A stretch of 64,000 nucleotides of DNA from an uncultured Bacilli bacterium. GTDB lineage: Bacteria; Bacillota_I; Bacilli_A; RF39; UBA660. How positions within the stretch are numbered: position 1 is the first letter of the stretch; each line of letters opens with the position of its first letter. The notes beneath the pieces are model-generated. The model made no database searches. It saw only the letters and a program-made list of their open reading frames with translations, and was not told the origin of the DNA. Where the stretch lies: positions 18,079-82,078 of the forward strand of contig CANQZW010000002.1 of assembly GCA_947628435.1 (NCBI GenBank), in the 5' to 3' direction. The translations under genes were made by a program, and so were the position numbers. Positions 18,580 through 28,156 of the stretch are shown here, piece by piece.

Positions 18580-18588
18580 TTTCCTTTT
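18560..18588. terminator. Bidirectional hairpin shared by convergent ung and the lemA-like gene
   Basis: AAAAGGAAATT (18560-18570) attttt-t AATTTCCTTTT (18578-18588): perfect 11-bp stem spanning both stop codons. Confidence 0.55.
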
Positions 18589-19117
18589 AATATTTAAAAT
18601 CATTATAATCTGCATCGTTAATACTTTTTTTATCAAACGATTCTTTTTCTTTTCTTCCTTTAATAAAAGTAATTATAATTTGTGGAAAGCTTTTTATTAG
18701 TTTATTATATTCATTAATAACATCGTTATAATATTCTTTATAAGCATTTAATTTATCTTCAGTTTCGTTAATAGCAAATGATATTTTTTGAAATTCTTCA
18801 TTATTTTTTAATTTTTTATATTTATCTTTAATTAGATAAAATTCGTTTATGTATACCAATAGTTTTCTATCTAATTCAATCATATTATTACTATTAGATA
18901 ATTCGTTTATATTTTCATATATTTCTTTATCAGTATTTAAAACTTCTTTTATTATTGCCTCAGAGTCTTGTATTAATGCTTTTCTTTGAATTAGCATACC
19001 ATTTATCTTATCTTCAATATTGTTTAATTTAATAGATGAAAAATTTAGTTTGTCTTGATATATCATAAAGAATAAGACTATTAAGCATACTACTAAAGTT
19101 ACTATTATTAATGTCAT
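18587..19117 (-). CDS. LemA-family membrane protein (putative)
   Basis: N-terminal TM helix plus coiled coil. The C-terminal ...YKEYYNDVINEYNKLIKSFPQIIITFIKG... resembles the LemA YN..V..YN..I..FP signature. Confidence 0.55.
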   Translation of the reverse strand: MTLIIVTLVVCLIVLFFMIYQDKLNFSSIKLNNIEDKINGMLIQRKALIQDSEAIIKEVLNTDKEIYENINELSNSNNMIELDRKLLVYINEFYLIKDKYKKLKNNEEFQKISFAINETEDKLNAYKEYYNDVINEYNKLIKSFPQIIITFIKGRKEKESFDKKSINDADYNDFKY

Positions 19118-19176
19118 TTAATCTACCTCTATTCTAATTTTGATTATAACAAAACTAAAGAATATTTACAAGGTAT

Positions 19177-19593
19177 TTAATTTTGTGGATAATATTCTGG
19201 ACTATAATTTATTTTTTCATCAAACTCTACATAATTTAGATAAATCATAAGTAATAAATACCATTTTCCGTTTTGTGGATCACTAATTATTATATGATCC
19301 CTTCCAGCAGTTTCAATTATTCCTTTATATGTTTTATCTCTCCATTCAACGGAATCTGGATATGAAAGATAAAATGTAGCTAATTTACCACGATTAAGTC
19401 TTAAAATATTTTCAACGTATGATTGCTCAAGTTCAAGCATATTATTGTTAGCTTGCATAGTTGCTAAATTGTTGTTGCTAGAATTATTAGTATTCATGCT
19501 TGGCATTGATGCAACCGTACCCATTGCGGTAGTTTGCAACCCACTTACACCAACGTTTGGATAAGTGGGGTTTGAATAATAATTTGTATTCAT
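19177..19593 (-). CDS. gerQ: Spore coat protein GerQ (YwdL-like)
   Basis: SYVENILRLNRGKLATFY...EWRDKTYKGIIETAGRDHIIISDPQNGKWYLLLMIYLNYVEFDE closely follows my recollection of the conserved C-terminal domain of B. subtilis GerQ. N/Q/M-rich N-terminus. Confidence 0.8.
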   Translation of the reverse strand: MNTNYYSNPTYPNVGVSGLQTTAMGTVASMPSMNTNNSSNNNLATMQANNNMLELEQSYVENILRLNRGKLATFYLSYPDSVEWRDKTYKGIIETAGRDHIIISDPQNGKWYLLLMIYLNYVEFDEKINYSPEYYPQN

Positions 19594-19685
19594 ATATTAT
19601 CTCCTTTTTTAAATTCATTTAAACATATGATTGAATTAAAATAATTATACATGTTATAATTAATAATAGACAGGAGTTGTAATAA

Positions 19686-20255
19686 GTGAAAGTAAAAGTA
19701 GGAGTGTCTGCAAGACATGTTCATTTAACTAAAGAAGACGTAAACATATTATTTGGAAAGAATTATATACTTACTAAAAAGGCAGATTTATCTCAATTTG
19801 GACAATATGCATGTAACGAACAAATAACTTTAATTGGTGCTAAAAACACTATTAAAAACGTAAGAGTTTTAGGCCCTGAAAGAAACCAAACACAAGTTGA
19901 AATTTCTAAAACAGATTCTTATAAATTAGGAATTAATCCGCCCGTTAGAAATTCTGGAGATTTAGATAATGCTGCTTTAATTACTATTGTAGGCCCTTGC
20001 GGGCAAATAACTAAAAAAGCTGCAATTATTGCAGCAAGACATTTACACGTTAATAAGCAAGAACAAATAAAATATGGTCTTATTAATAAAAAAAACGTAT
20101 CTATTAAAGTAAATAATGAAAAAGGTGGAATACTAAATAATGTAAGTATAAGAGTAGATGATAATTATTCTTATGAAGTTCATTTGGATACTGATGATGC
20201 AAATGCATTTTTAATTAAAAATGGTGATGAAGTAGAAATAATAATAGAGGACTGA
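19686..20255 (+). CDS. pduL: PduL-type phosphate acyltransferase (phosphotransacetylase/propanoyltransferase)
   Basis: VGVSARHVHL, VLGPERNQTQVEISKTD, PVRNSGDL, AARHLHV: two PduL repeats. GTG start. TGTTATAAT at 19652-19660. Confidence 0.85.
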   Translation: MKVKVGVSARHVHLTKEDVNILFGKNYILTKKADLSQFGQYACNEQITLIGAKNTIKNVRVLGPERNQTQVEISKTDSYKLGINPPVRNSGDLDNAALITIVGPCGQITKKAAIIAARHLHVNKQEQIKYGLINKKNVSIKVNNEKGGILNNVSIRVDDNYSYEVHLDTDDANAFLIKNGDEVEIIIED

Positions 20256-20259
20256 TTAT

Positions 20260-21504
20260 ATGAAATATAGTTTTAAAACAAAAATACCAAGAAAACAATA
20301 TGATGATTTTGTTAAAAATTTCCCATCTACAACTTTTATGCAAACGTCTTCTTGGGCTGAAATAAAAAGTGCTTGGGATTGTGATTTTGTCGGTATGTAT
20401 GATGATAATAAAAAACTTGTATGTGCTGCTATGCTTCTTAAAAGAAAGTTATTTTTAAATAAAAAATTAATATATGTACCAAGAGGTTTTGTAATTGATT
20501 ATAATGATTCTAGTTTATTAAGTAACTTTGTAGATGAATTAAAAAAATATGCAAAAAAAATAAATGCAATTGATATAAAAATTGATCCATTTATATGTTT
20601 TAATGAAGATAATATACAAAACATAAAAAAGAATAAGAAAATTGAATTAAATAGACCTTTTACTTATAATACCAATTTAATAGTAAAAGAATTAGAAAAA
20701 AATAACTTTAAACATGGTGGGTATAAAAAAGAGGTAAATGCTTATATACAGCCTAGGTATACAATGGTTATTAGCCTAAAAGATAAAGATGGAAATTTCT
20801 TTGACAAACAGCAGTTAAGAAGAACTTTTCCTAAAAATACTAGAAATTATATAGGAAAATATCAAGAAGATCGCGGAGTTGAATTTTCTTATTCTAAAAA
20901 CATAGAAGATGTTAAAGATTTAGTTAGTGTTCTTCATTGTACGGAAAAAAGACAGCATATTGCTCTTAGAAATGAAAAATATTTTAATAGTATAATGCAA
21001 AATTTTAAAGATAATGCAGTTTTATTTTTTGCTAGGATAAACATAGATAAATATATAGAATTTTTAAATAATGATATGAAAGAGCATGAAGATAAAAAGG
21101 AATTTTGTGAAAAACAGATAAAAGAAGCAATTAATGTAAAGCAAAAATATGGTAACAAACCTTTAGCGGGAGCAACAATAGTTATGATGCCAACATGTAA
21201 AAAAGGAATTAAGGTTGCATCGTTTCTTTATGCTGGTACTAATACGGATATATTACCATCTCTTAAGATAACTAACGGACTTATGTTTTATAGATTATGT
21301 TATTGCCTAGATGAAGGGTGTGATTACTGTGATTTAGGAGGTGTAGATGGTTCTTTACAAGATCATTTATCAACTTTTAAATCAAAGTTTAATCCTGAAG
21401 TATTAGAATTAGTAGGAGAATTTGATTTAATAATTGATAGATTTTGGTTTTTAATATTTAAGATGGGAGTTAAAGTTTTAAAATTTATAAGATCTAAAAG
21501 ATAG
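20260..21504 (+). CDS. FemAB-family peptidoglycan interpeptide-bridge aminoacyltransferase
   Basis: 414 aa. N-terminus FMQTSSWAEIKS, central coiled-coil insert, C-terminal ...YDLGG...FK.KF, typical of FemX/FemA/FemB. Confidence 0.8.
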   Translation: MKYSFKTKIPRKQYDDFVKNFPSTTFMQTSSWAEIKSAWDCDFVGMYDDNKKLVCAAMLLKRKLFLNKKLIYVPRGFVIDYNDSSLLSNFVDELKKYAKKINAIDIKIDPFICFNEDNIQNIKKNKKIELNRPFTYNTNLIVKELEKNNFKHGGYKKEVNAYIQPRYTMVISLKDKDGNFFDKQQLRRTFPKNTRNYIGKYQEDRGVEFSYSKNIEDVKDLVSVLHCTEKRQHIALRNEKYFNSIMQNFKDNAVLFFARINIDKYIEFLNNDMKEHEDKKEFCEKQIKEAINVKQKYGNKPLAGATIVMMPTCKKGIKVASFLYAGTNTDILPSLKITNGLMFYRLCYCLDEGCDYCDLGGVDGSLQDHLSTFKSKFNPEVLELVGEFDLIIDRFWFLIFKMGVKVLKFIRSKR

Positions 21505-21520
21505 TTAAATAGAAGTAAAT

Positions 21521-21546
21521 AAGAACTTTTAATTAAGTTCTTTTTA
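21521..21546 (+). terminator. Rho-independent terminator
   Basis: AAGAACTT (21521-21528) ttaatt AAGTTCTT (21535-21542), followed by TTTT. Confidence 0.6.
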
Positions 21547-21578
21547 TTATATAATTATTTTAGTTTGGATGTGGTTTA

Positions 21579-22565
21579 ATGTTTAAAATAGGAAACGTAC
21601 AAATAGAAAATAGGGTTGTTTTAGCACCTATGGCAGGTGTGTGTAATAGTGCTTTTAGAAGAATAATAAAACAAATGGGGTGTGGGCTTTTGTATGCTGA
21701 AATGGTAAGTGATAAAGCTTTGGTTTATGATAATGAAAAGACTAAAAACATGTTATACAGCACGCAAGAAGAAAGACCAATTGCCCAACAAATATTTGGA
21801 AGTGATAAGCAAAGTTTTGTTAAGGCTGCTAAAATAGTAGAAAAAATTATGAAACCAGATATAATTGATATAAATATGGGATGTCCTGTTGCAAAGGTAG
21901 CATTAAGAGCACAAGCGGGTTCTGCTCTTTTAAAGGATCCAAAGAAAGTTTATGAAATAGTAAGTGCTGTTGTTAAGGCTGTTAAAGTTCCAGTTACGGT
22001 TAAAATAAGAAGTGGTTGGGATAGTAATAGTATAAATGCTGTTGAAATAGCAAAAATGTGTGAAAAAGCTAAAGCAAGTGCAATAACGGTACATCCTAGA
22101 ACACGCAGCCAGGGGTATAATGGATTATCTGATTGGAATATAATAAAAGAAGTAAAAGAAAATGTTAATATCCCAGTAATAGGTAATGGTGATATTTTAA
22201 GTGCCGAAGATGCGAAAAAAATGATCGATCAAACCAAATGTGATGCTGTTATGATAGGGCGTGGTGTTTTAGGTAATCCATATTTGATAAAGCAAATTGT
22301 AGCTTACTTAGATAATGGTACGTTATTAAAACCTCAAGATCCTATTGAAAAAATGAAAGTATGTCTTAAACATTTTGATTATTTATTACAAATAAAACCA
22401 GAGAAAGTTGCGGTGCTAGAAATGAGAACTCACGCAGCTTGGTATCTAAAAGGATTAAAAGATGGTGTGTCAGTTAAAAAAAAGTTATATGAAATTTCAA
22501 CAAAAGAAGAATTTATCGCACTTATTAAAGAATATATGGAAAAATTATCTAAAAATATGTTATAA
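21579..22565 (+). CDS. dusB: tRNA-dihydrouridine synthase
   Basis: LAPMAGVCNSAFRRI, DINMGCP, VTVKIRSGW, ITVHPRTR, GNGDI. Confidence 0.9.
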   Translation: MFKIGNVQIENRVVLAPMAGVCNSAFRRIIKQMGCGLLYAEMVSDKALVYDNEKTKNMLYSTQEERPIAQQIFGSDKQSFVKAAKIVEKIMKPDIIDINMGCPVAKVALRAQAGSALLKDPKKVYEIVSAVVKAVKVPVTVKIRSGWDSNSINAVEIAKMCEKAKASAITVHPRTRSQGYNGLSDWNIIKEVKENVNIPVIGNGDILSAEDAKKMIDQTKCDAVMIGRGVLGNPYLIKQIVAYLDNGTLLKPQDPIEKMKVCLKHFDYLLQIKPEKVAVLEMRTHAAWYLKGLKDGVSVKKKLYEISTKEEFIALIKEYMEKLSKNML

Positions 22566-22648
22566 TTTAAGTGTAGGACAAGTTTATGATATTGGTGCGT
22601 GGTATCATATTTTTGATCCAAAAACAAATATGTCAGTAGGGAGGAAAA

Positions 22649-24328
22649 ATGAAAAAGTATAATTTATTTAAAGTTTTAGCAATAACCGTTTTTGTTGTAT
22701 GGCTACTTACCTTGTTCATACCAGGTTCATACGTAGATTATACTGGTGCTATTGCATCAAATGGTGTTGCTGGAGTTGGAATATGGGGTTTATTATCTAA
22801 TTTAACTATTTCAATATCTTACTTTAATAATATTGCGGTATTTTTAATAGCTGTTGCATGCTTTTATGCAGTATTAAATAAAGTAGATGCTTATAAAAAA
22901 TTTGTAAGTAAAACAGCTTCATTATTTAATGGAAAGGAAAAACTATTAGTAGCTATTACTACAATAGTATTTGGAGTTATTTCTATTTTTGTAAATGATT
23001 TCATGATTTTATTAGTTTTTGTACCTTTTATATATGAAGTAATGAAAACTCTACAAGTAGATAAAAAAGTATTTTTATCTTCTACGTTAGTAGCAAGCTT
23101 AATTGGTAGCATGTGTGGAATATATAATAATACATTATTTACTGCGTTTGATTTAAAGGTAAATACTTTGTTGTTAGTAAAATTAGTTTTATTTGTTATA
23201 TCAATAGCTATCTTATTAGTTTTAACCGCACCTAAAACCAAAGATAAGCAAAAAGAAAAAAAGATAGAATCTAAATCTAAGAAAAGTACTAAAGAGGAAG
23301 TAAAGGAAAAAACAGTAAAGAGAGTATCAACTAAATCAAAGGAAAAGAAAGTTAACAAAGCACTTTATGCAATTCTTACATTATTATTTGGTTTTATTGG
23401 TATAAATAAATTGTATGCTGGAAAGATAAAATCATTTATATTAAGTCTTGTATTTTGTTTAACAGGTATTCCTGCAATTTTATCTATTGTAGAATTTATA
23501 ACTGTGTTAACTGAAAAGAAAGATAAAGAAGGAAAAATTCCTGTAACAAGTGATAGAAGAAAAAATGTTTGTTTTTATGTTTCTTTAATCATATTCGTAC
23601 TATTTATTATTAGTTCTATAATTCCTTGGGAAAGTTTATTTGAAAAAACTATATTTAGTGATTTTAATACATGGTTAAATGGTATTAAAATAGGTGATTA
23701 TGCAGTATTTTCAAATATTATTGGTACACCTATGATTACTGATAAAGCAACTGGTGCAACCTCTGGTGTAATTAGTGCATTTGGATCATTCCAAATGATT
23801 GATATATCAATATTATTATTCATAATTACATTAGTAATAGGAGTTACAAGTTCTAAGGTTAATGAATTTATTTCTACTATAACAAATAGTACTAAGAAAA
23901 TTCTTCCTGTTGCATTAACTGCTATGCTTATAAGTATAGTACTAATAATGATGGTAACAACAGGCGTAAACGTAACAATAGCTAATGCAATATTAAAAAT
24001 TACAAAGGGATTTAATGTTGCAACATCAACGTTTGCAGCTATGATAAGTAGTGTTTTAACTGGTGATTTTTATTACTTAGTATCAACTGTTGGAACGGTA
24101 TTTAAAGCAGTTATAACTAATAGTGATTATTATGGTGTAGTTGCATTTATTATCCAAAGTATTTATAACGTTATGATGATTATTGCACCAACATCAGTTG
24201 GATTAATAATTGGTTTATATTATTTAGACATTCCTTATAATAAATGGTTTAAATTTATTTGGAAGTTATTACTTATATTATTAATTATTGTTATAATAAC
24301 ATCAATCGTTATATATGCATTAGTTTAA
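22649..24328 (+). CDS. YfcC/DcuC-like polytopic transporter with a lysine-rich linker and an inserted TM2 domain
   Basis: The N-terminus MKKYNLFKVLAITVFVVWLLTLFIPGSYVDY resembles YfcC. Mid-protein holds KTKDKQKEKKIESKSKKSTKEEVKEKTVKRVSTKSKEKKVNK, then ALYAILTLLFGFIGINKLYAGKIKSFILSLVFCLTGIPAILSIVEFI (TM2-like), followed by further TM helices. Confidence 0.55.
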   Translation: MKKYNLFKVLAITVFVVWLLTLFIPGSYVDYTGAIASNGVAGVGIWGLLSNLTISISYFNNIAVFLIAVACFYAVLNKVDAYKKFVSKTASLFNGKEKLLVAITTIVFGVISIFVNDFMILLVFVPFIYEVMKTLQVDKKVFLSSTLVASLIGSMCGIYNNTLFTAFDLKVNTLLLVKLVLFVISIAILLVLTAPKTKDKQKEKKIESKSKKSTKEEVKEKTVKRVSTKSKEKKVNKALYAILTLLFGFIGINKLYAGKIKSFILSLVFCLTGIPAILSIVEFITVLTEKKDKEGKIPVTSDRRKNVCFYVSLIIFVLFIISSIIPWESLFEKTIFSDFNTWLNGIKIGDYAVFSNIIGTPMITDKATGATSGVISAFGSFQMIDISILLFIITLVIGVTSSKVNEFISTITNSTKKILPVALTAMLISIVLIMMVTTGVNVTIANAILKITKGFNVATSTFAAMISSVLTGDFYYLVSTVGTVFKAVITNSDYYGVVAFIIQSIYNVMMIIAPTSVGLIIGLYYLDIPYNKWFKFIWKLLLILLIIVIITSIVIYALV

Positions 24329-24349
24329 AAGACCTATGGGTCTTTTTTT
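24327..24349 (+). terminator. Rho-independent terminator
   Basis: AAAAGACC tatg GGTCTTTT, followed by a T-run. Confidence 0.65.
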
Positions 24350-24409
24350 GTATTAAAATTAAATATTATAACCATAACAAACATAGAATAAAATTGAAAG
24401 GAGAATTCT

Positions 24410-26689
24410 ATGTTTGTTAATTTTAGTGAAGAAACAAGGCATCTTTTAAAGCAAGCAGAAAAAGAAAAACAACTGTTAAATCATCCTTATGTAGGAAGTG
24501 AGCATTTGCTATTATCAATACTACATGATAGTAAATTAGTTCCTATTTTAAAAAAGCATAGAGTAACCTATAAAAATTTCAAAGAAAAATTAATTTCACT
24601 TGTTGGTATTGGTAGTAAAAAAAGTGACTTTATTTTATATACACCACTTTTAAAAAGAGTTTTAGAAAACGCGGTTATTGAGGCAAGGGAAGATAATAAT
24701 AAAAGTGTTAACCCAGAATTACTTATAATAAATATTTTAGATGAAGAAGATGGAGTTGCTTATACTATATTAAGAAGCATGAAGATAAATTTAGATAGAC
24801 TATATTTTGATTTAAGAAACGTGAAAAATATAAAGAATAATAGAAAGAAAAAATTACTATTAGAGGAACTTGGAGTTGATATGACCAAGCTTGCTAAGGA
24901 AAAAAAATTAGACCCAGTAATTGGTAGAGAAAATGAGATAAAAAAAACACTTGAAATATTACTTAGAAGAAAAAAGAATAATCCAATTTTAATAGGTCCT
25001 GCTGGTGTGGGTAAAACTGCAATAGTAGAGGGAATAGCAAATTTTGCTATAAGCGATAAATGCCCATCATTTTTAAAAAATAAAAGAATAATTTCACTAA
25101 ACATTTTTCAATTAGTATCAGGCACAAAATACAGAGGAGAATTTGAAGAAAAGATGAAAACGTTAATAAAAGAATTAGAAGATAATCAAGATATAATTCT
25201 TTTTATTGATGAAATTCATACCATGGTAGGAGCAGGTGGAGCAGAAGGAGCAATAGATGCATCTAATATATTTAAACCTGCTTTAGCAAGGGGGTTAATA
25301 AGAATAATAGGAGCAACAACGTTAGATGAATATAAAAAGTTTATAGAGCCAGATGCTGCCTTAGCAAGAAGATTTCAAAGTGTTGTGGTAGAAGAACCAA
25401 CGTTTGATAATGTAGTTAAAATCTTAAAAGGGATAAAACCTCTTTATGAAAAATATCATGATATAACAATTAGTGATGATTTATTAAAAGACATAGCATT
25501 TTTATCAGAAAAATATTTGAATAATAGATTTGAACCAGATCGTTCAATTGATATATTAGATGAGGTATGTGCAAAAACATCTGTTTTAGAAGATTGTAAT
25601 GAAAAGAAAAAACGGATATTAAAAGAAAAAATAAAACAGATAAGTAAAGAAAAAATAAAAGCCTTATCAGATAGTAATTTTAAAAGAGCATATGATTTAA
25701 AGACTGAAGAAAACAAATTAAAAATAGATTTTAAAAATATAAAGTTGAAAAGAAAAAAGGTAAGTAAAAGTGATGTTATACAAGTTATAAAAAATAAAGG
25801 TAATATTATGTTTTTTTCGTATGATAAAAGAAAAAATGAATTTTATAAATCAATTGAGGAAGAATTAAATAATACAATTTATGGTCAAAAAGAAAATATA
25901 AGCAAACTAATAAGATCCCTTAAAAAAAGACAATTTCTAGAAACTAAGGGTTGTTATTCAGTTCTTATAGAAGGTAATCATGGGGTTGGTAAGTCTTTGC
26001 TTGCTAATTCATATTTAAAAAAATTAGTAAATGAAAAAAATATAATAAATATAGATGCCAGTGAATATGAACAAAATAGTAGTATAAGCAAACTAATTGG
26101 TACAACCGCAGGTTATTTAGGATATGATAATAAAAATAATGTTTTTGAAAAAATAAGAACAAATCCAAACTCTGCAATTGTAGTAGATAATTATGAAGAT
26201 GGTTGTGAAGAATTTAAAAATTTATTTATAAGAATATTAGAGTTAGGTAAAATAGAAGATGCATCAGGTAAAATGATAGATTTTAATAATTCTATTATCA
26301 TATTTATTACAAATAATTCTAGTCAATCAAAACAACTTGGTTTTAGCAAGCAAAAAAATAAAAACATAATAAACTTTAATGACCGACTTTCAAATAAGGT
26401 ATCTGTTGCATTAATAATAGATGATCCAGATGATGTAACTATAAGAAAAATAATAAAAGATAATATAAATAAAATTGTTAGTAAATATGGACAGATAAAA
26501 ATAAATTATGAAGAAAGTATAATAAATGATATTTTTAATAGTGTTAGTGAAACTAATGATTTTAAGAATATAAAATCTTTAGTAGAAAATATTTTTGAAA
26601 TTAGAATAATGGATGCAATATTAGATAATAAAAAAAGTATTGATATAAAGTTTAATAAAGAAAGTGATTGTATTAGGGTTACAAGTTAA
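24410..26689 (+). CDS. clpC: ClpC-like AAA+ chaperone/unfoldase with degenerate D2 ring
   Basis: Clp_N repeats (HPYVGSEHLLLSIL). D1: GPAGVGKTA Walker A, ILFIDEIHT Walker B. UVR-like: SNFKRAYDLKTEENKL. D2: GNHGVGKS Walker A but VVDNYED in place of the DE Walker B. LGF tripeptide present. Confidence 0.8.
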   Translation: MFVNFSEETRHLLKQAEKEKQLLNHPYVGSEHLLLSILHDSKLVPILKKHRVTYKNFKEKLISLVGIGSKKSDFILYTPLLKRVLENAVIEAREDNNKSVNPELLIINILDEEDGVAYTILRSMKINLDRLYFDLRNVKNIKNNRKKKLLLEELGVDMTKLAKEKKLDPVIGRENEIKKTLEILLRRKKNNPILIGPAGVGKTAIVEGIANFAISDKCPSFLKNKRIISLNIFQLVSGTKYRGEFEEKMKTLIKELEDNQDIILFIDEIHTMVGAGGAEGAIDASNIFKPALARGLIRIIGATTLDEYKKFIEPDAALARRFQSVVVEEPTFDNVVKILKGIKPLYEKYHDITISDDLLKDIAFLSEKYLNNRFEPDRSIDILDEVCAKTSVLEDCNEKKKRILKEKIKQISKEKIKALSDSNFKRAYDLKTEENKLKIDFKNIKLKRKKVSKSDVIQVIKNKGNIMFFSYDKRKNEFYKSIEEELNNTIYGQKENISKLIRSLKKRQFLETKGCYSVLIEGNHGVGKSLLANSYLKKLVNEKNIINIDASEYEQNSSISKLIGTTAGYLGYDNKNNVFEKIRTNPNSAIVVDNYEDGCEEFKNLFIRILELGKIEDASGKMIDFNNSIIIFITNNSSQSKQLGFSKQKNKNIINFNDRLSNKVSVALIIDDPDDVTIRKIIKDNINKIVSKYGQIKINYEESIINDIFNSVSETNDFKNIKSLVENIFEIRIMDAILDNKKSIDIKFNKESDCIRVTS

Positions 26690-26747
26690 ATTCACTTTCT
26701 TTCTTTTTTAATTTATTGTATAATTTAATAAATGGGAAGTGATTAGT

Positions 26748-28145
26748 ATGAAATTATATAATACTCTTACAAGAAAAGTTGAAGAGTTTGTTTCTAATGA
26801 ACCTGGAATTGTTAAAATGTATACGTGTGGTCCTACCGTTTATCACTATGCTCACATAGGTAATTTAAGAAGCTATATAATGGAAGATATATTAGAAAAA
26901 ACATTAATGTATAATAATTATAAAGTAAAAAGGGTTATGAATATTACTGATGTTGGTCACTTATCTAGCGATTCTGATACTGGTGATGATAAAATGGTTA
27001 AAAGTGCTAAGGAAAAAAACAAATCAGTTCTTGACATAGCAAAATTTTATACTGATGCTTTTTTCAAGGATTGTGAAAAATTAAATATAAAAGTACCAGA
27101 AATAATAGAGCCCGCTACTAACTTAATACCGCAATATATTAATTTAATAGAAAATTTACTTTCAAAAGGTTTCGCGTATATCTCAGGCGGAAACGTATAT
27201 TTTGATACATCTAAATTAAAAGATTATTATGTTTTAACTAACCATAAAGAAGATGAAATGGTAGTTGGGGTAAGAAAAGGTGTAGATAAAGATGATAATA
27301 AAAAAAATCAAGCAGATTTTGTATTATGGTTCACTAAATCTAAATTTGAAGATCAAGAGTTAAAATGGGATTCTCCTTGGGGTCTTGGGTATCCAGGATG
27401 GCATATAGAGTGCTCTTGCATTAGTATGAAATATTGTGGTGAATATTTAGATATTCATTGTGGTGGTGTTGATAATATTTTTCCACATCATACTAATGAG
27501 ATTGCTCAATCAGAAAGTTATTTAGGACATAAATGGTGTAATTACTGGGTACATTGTGAACACTTAAATGATAAAAACGGAAAGATGAGTAAGAGTAACG
27601 GAGACTTTTTAACTGTTTCTTTGTTAGAGCAAAAAGGTTATGATCCGTTGTCATACAGACTTATGTGTTTGCAATCACATTATCGTAAGCAGCTAGTATT
27701 TACTTATGAAAGCTTAGATAATGCCGAGATAGCTTACAAAAAATTAAAGCAAAAATCTCTTTCTTTAAATGATGATGGTAACGTTGATGATGATTCTTTT
27801 GATGTATATAATCAAAAATTTAAAAACGCTATAAATGATGATATGAATACCTCAAGTGCATTAACGGTATTATATGATGTATTAAAAGATAATGATTTAA
27901 GTGATGCTACCAAAAAAAAGCTAGTAAAATCATTTGATAAAGTACTTTCATTAAATTTACTAAAACAAAATACTAATGATTTAGATGATGAGTTTATTTC
28001 TTATGTTGAAAATCAAATAAAATTAAGAATAGAAGCTAAAAAAAATAAAGATTTCAAATTAGCTGATAAAATAAGAGATGAATTAAAGGAAAAAGGAATT
28101 GAAATTAAAGATACTAAAGAAGGAACTGTTTGGACAGTAAGATAA
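26748..28145 (+). CDS. cysS: Cysteine--tRNA ligase
   Basis: ATG 26748 (MKLYNTLTRK). CGPTVYHYAHIGN (HIGH), KMSKSNG (KMSKS), GWHIECS zinc site. Confidence 0.95.
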   Translation: MKLYNTLTRKVEEFVSNEPGIVKMYTCGPTVYHYAHIGNLRSYIMEDILEKTLMYNNYKVKRVMNITDVGHLSSDSDTGDDKMVKSAKEKNKSVLDIAKFYTDAFFKDCEKLNIKVPEIIEPATNLIPQYINLIENLLSKGFAYISGGNVYFDTSKLKDYYVLTNHKEDEMVVGVRKGVDKDDNKKNQADFVLWFTKSKFEDQELKWDSPWGLGYPGWHIECSCISMKYCGEYLDIHCGGVDNIFPHHTNEIAQSESYLGHKWCNYWVHCEHLNDKNGKMSKSNGDFLTVSLLEQKGYDPLSYRLMCLQSHYRKQLVFTYESLDNAEIAYKKLKQKSLSLNDDGNVDDDSFDVYNQKFKNAINDDMNTSSALTVLYDVLKDNDLSDATKKKLVKSFDKVLSLNLLKQNTNDLDDEFISYVENQIKLRIEAKKNKDFKLADKIRDELKEKGIEIKDTKEGTVWTVR

Positions 28146-28156
28146 GGAATTAAAAT

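Noticed and set aside
22462-22662. 66-aa + strand ORF bridging the dusB 3' end and the next gene
   Set aside because: It is out of frame with and overlaps the conserved dusB C-terminus, and has no RBS. Likely spurious.
22891-23358. 155-aa minus-strand ORF inside the YfcC/TM2 transporter gene
   Set aside because: It is antisense to a well-supported polytopic CDS, lies opposite the lysine-rich (AAR codon) linker that gives F/L-rich shadow frames in AT-rich DNA, and has no RBS and no recognisable motif.
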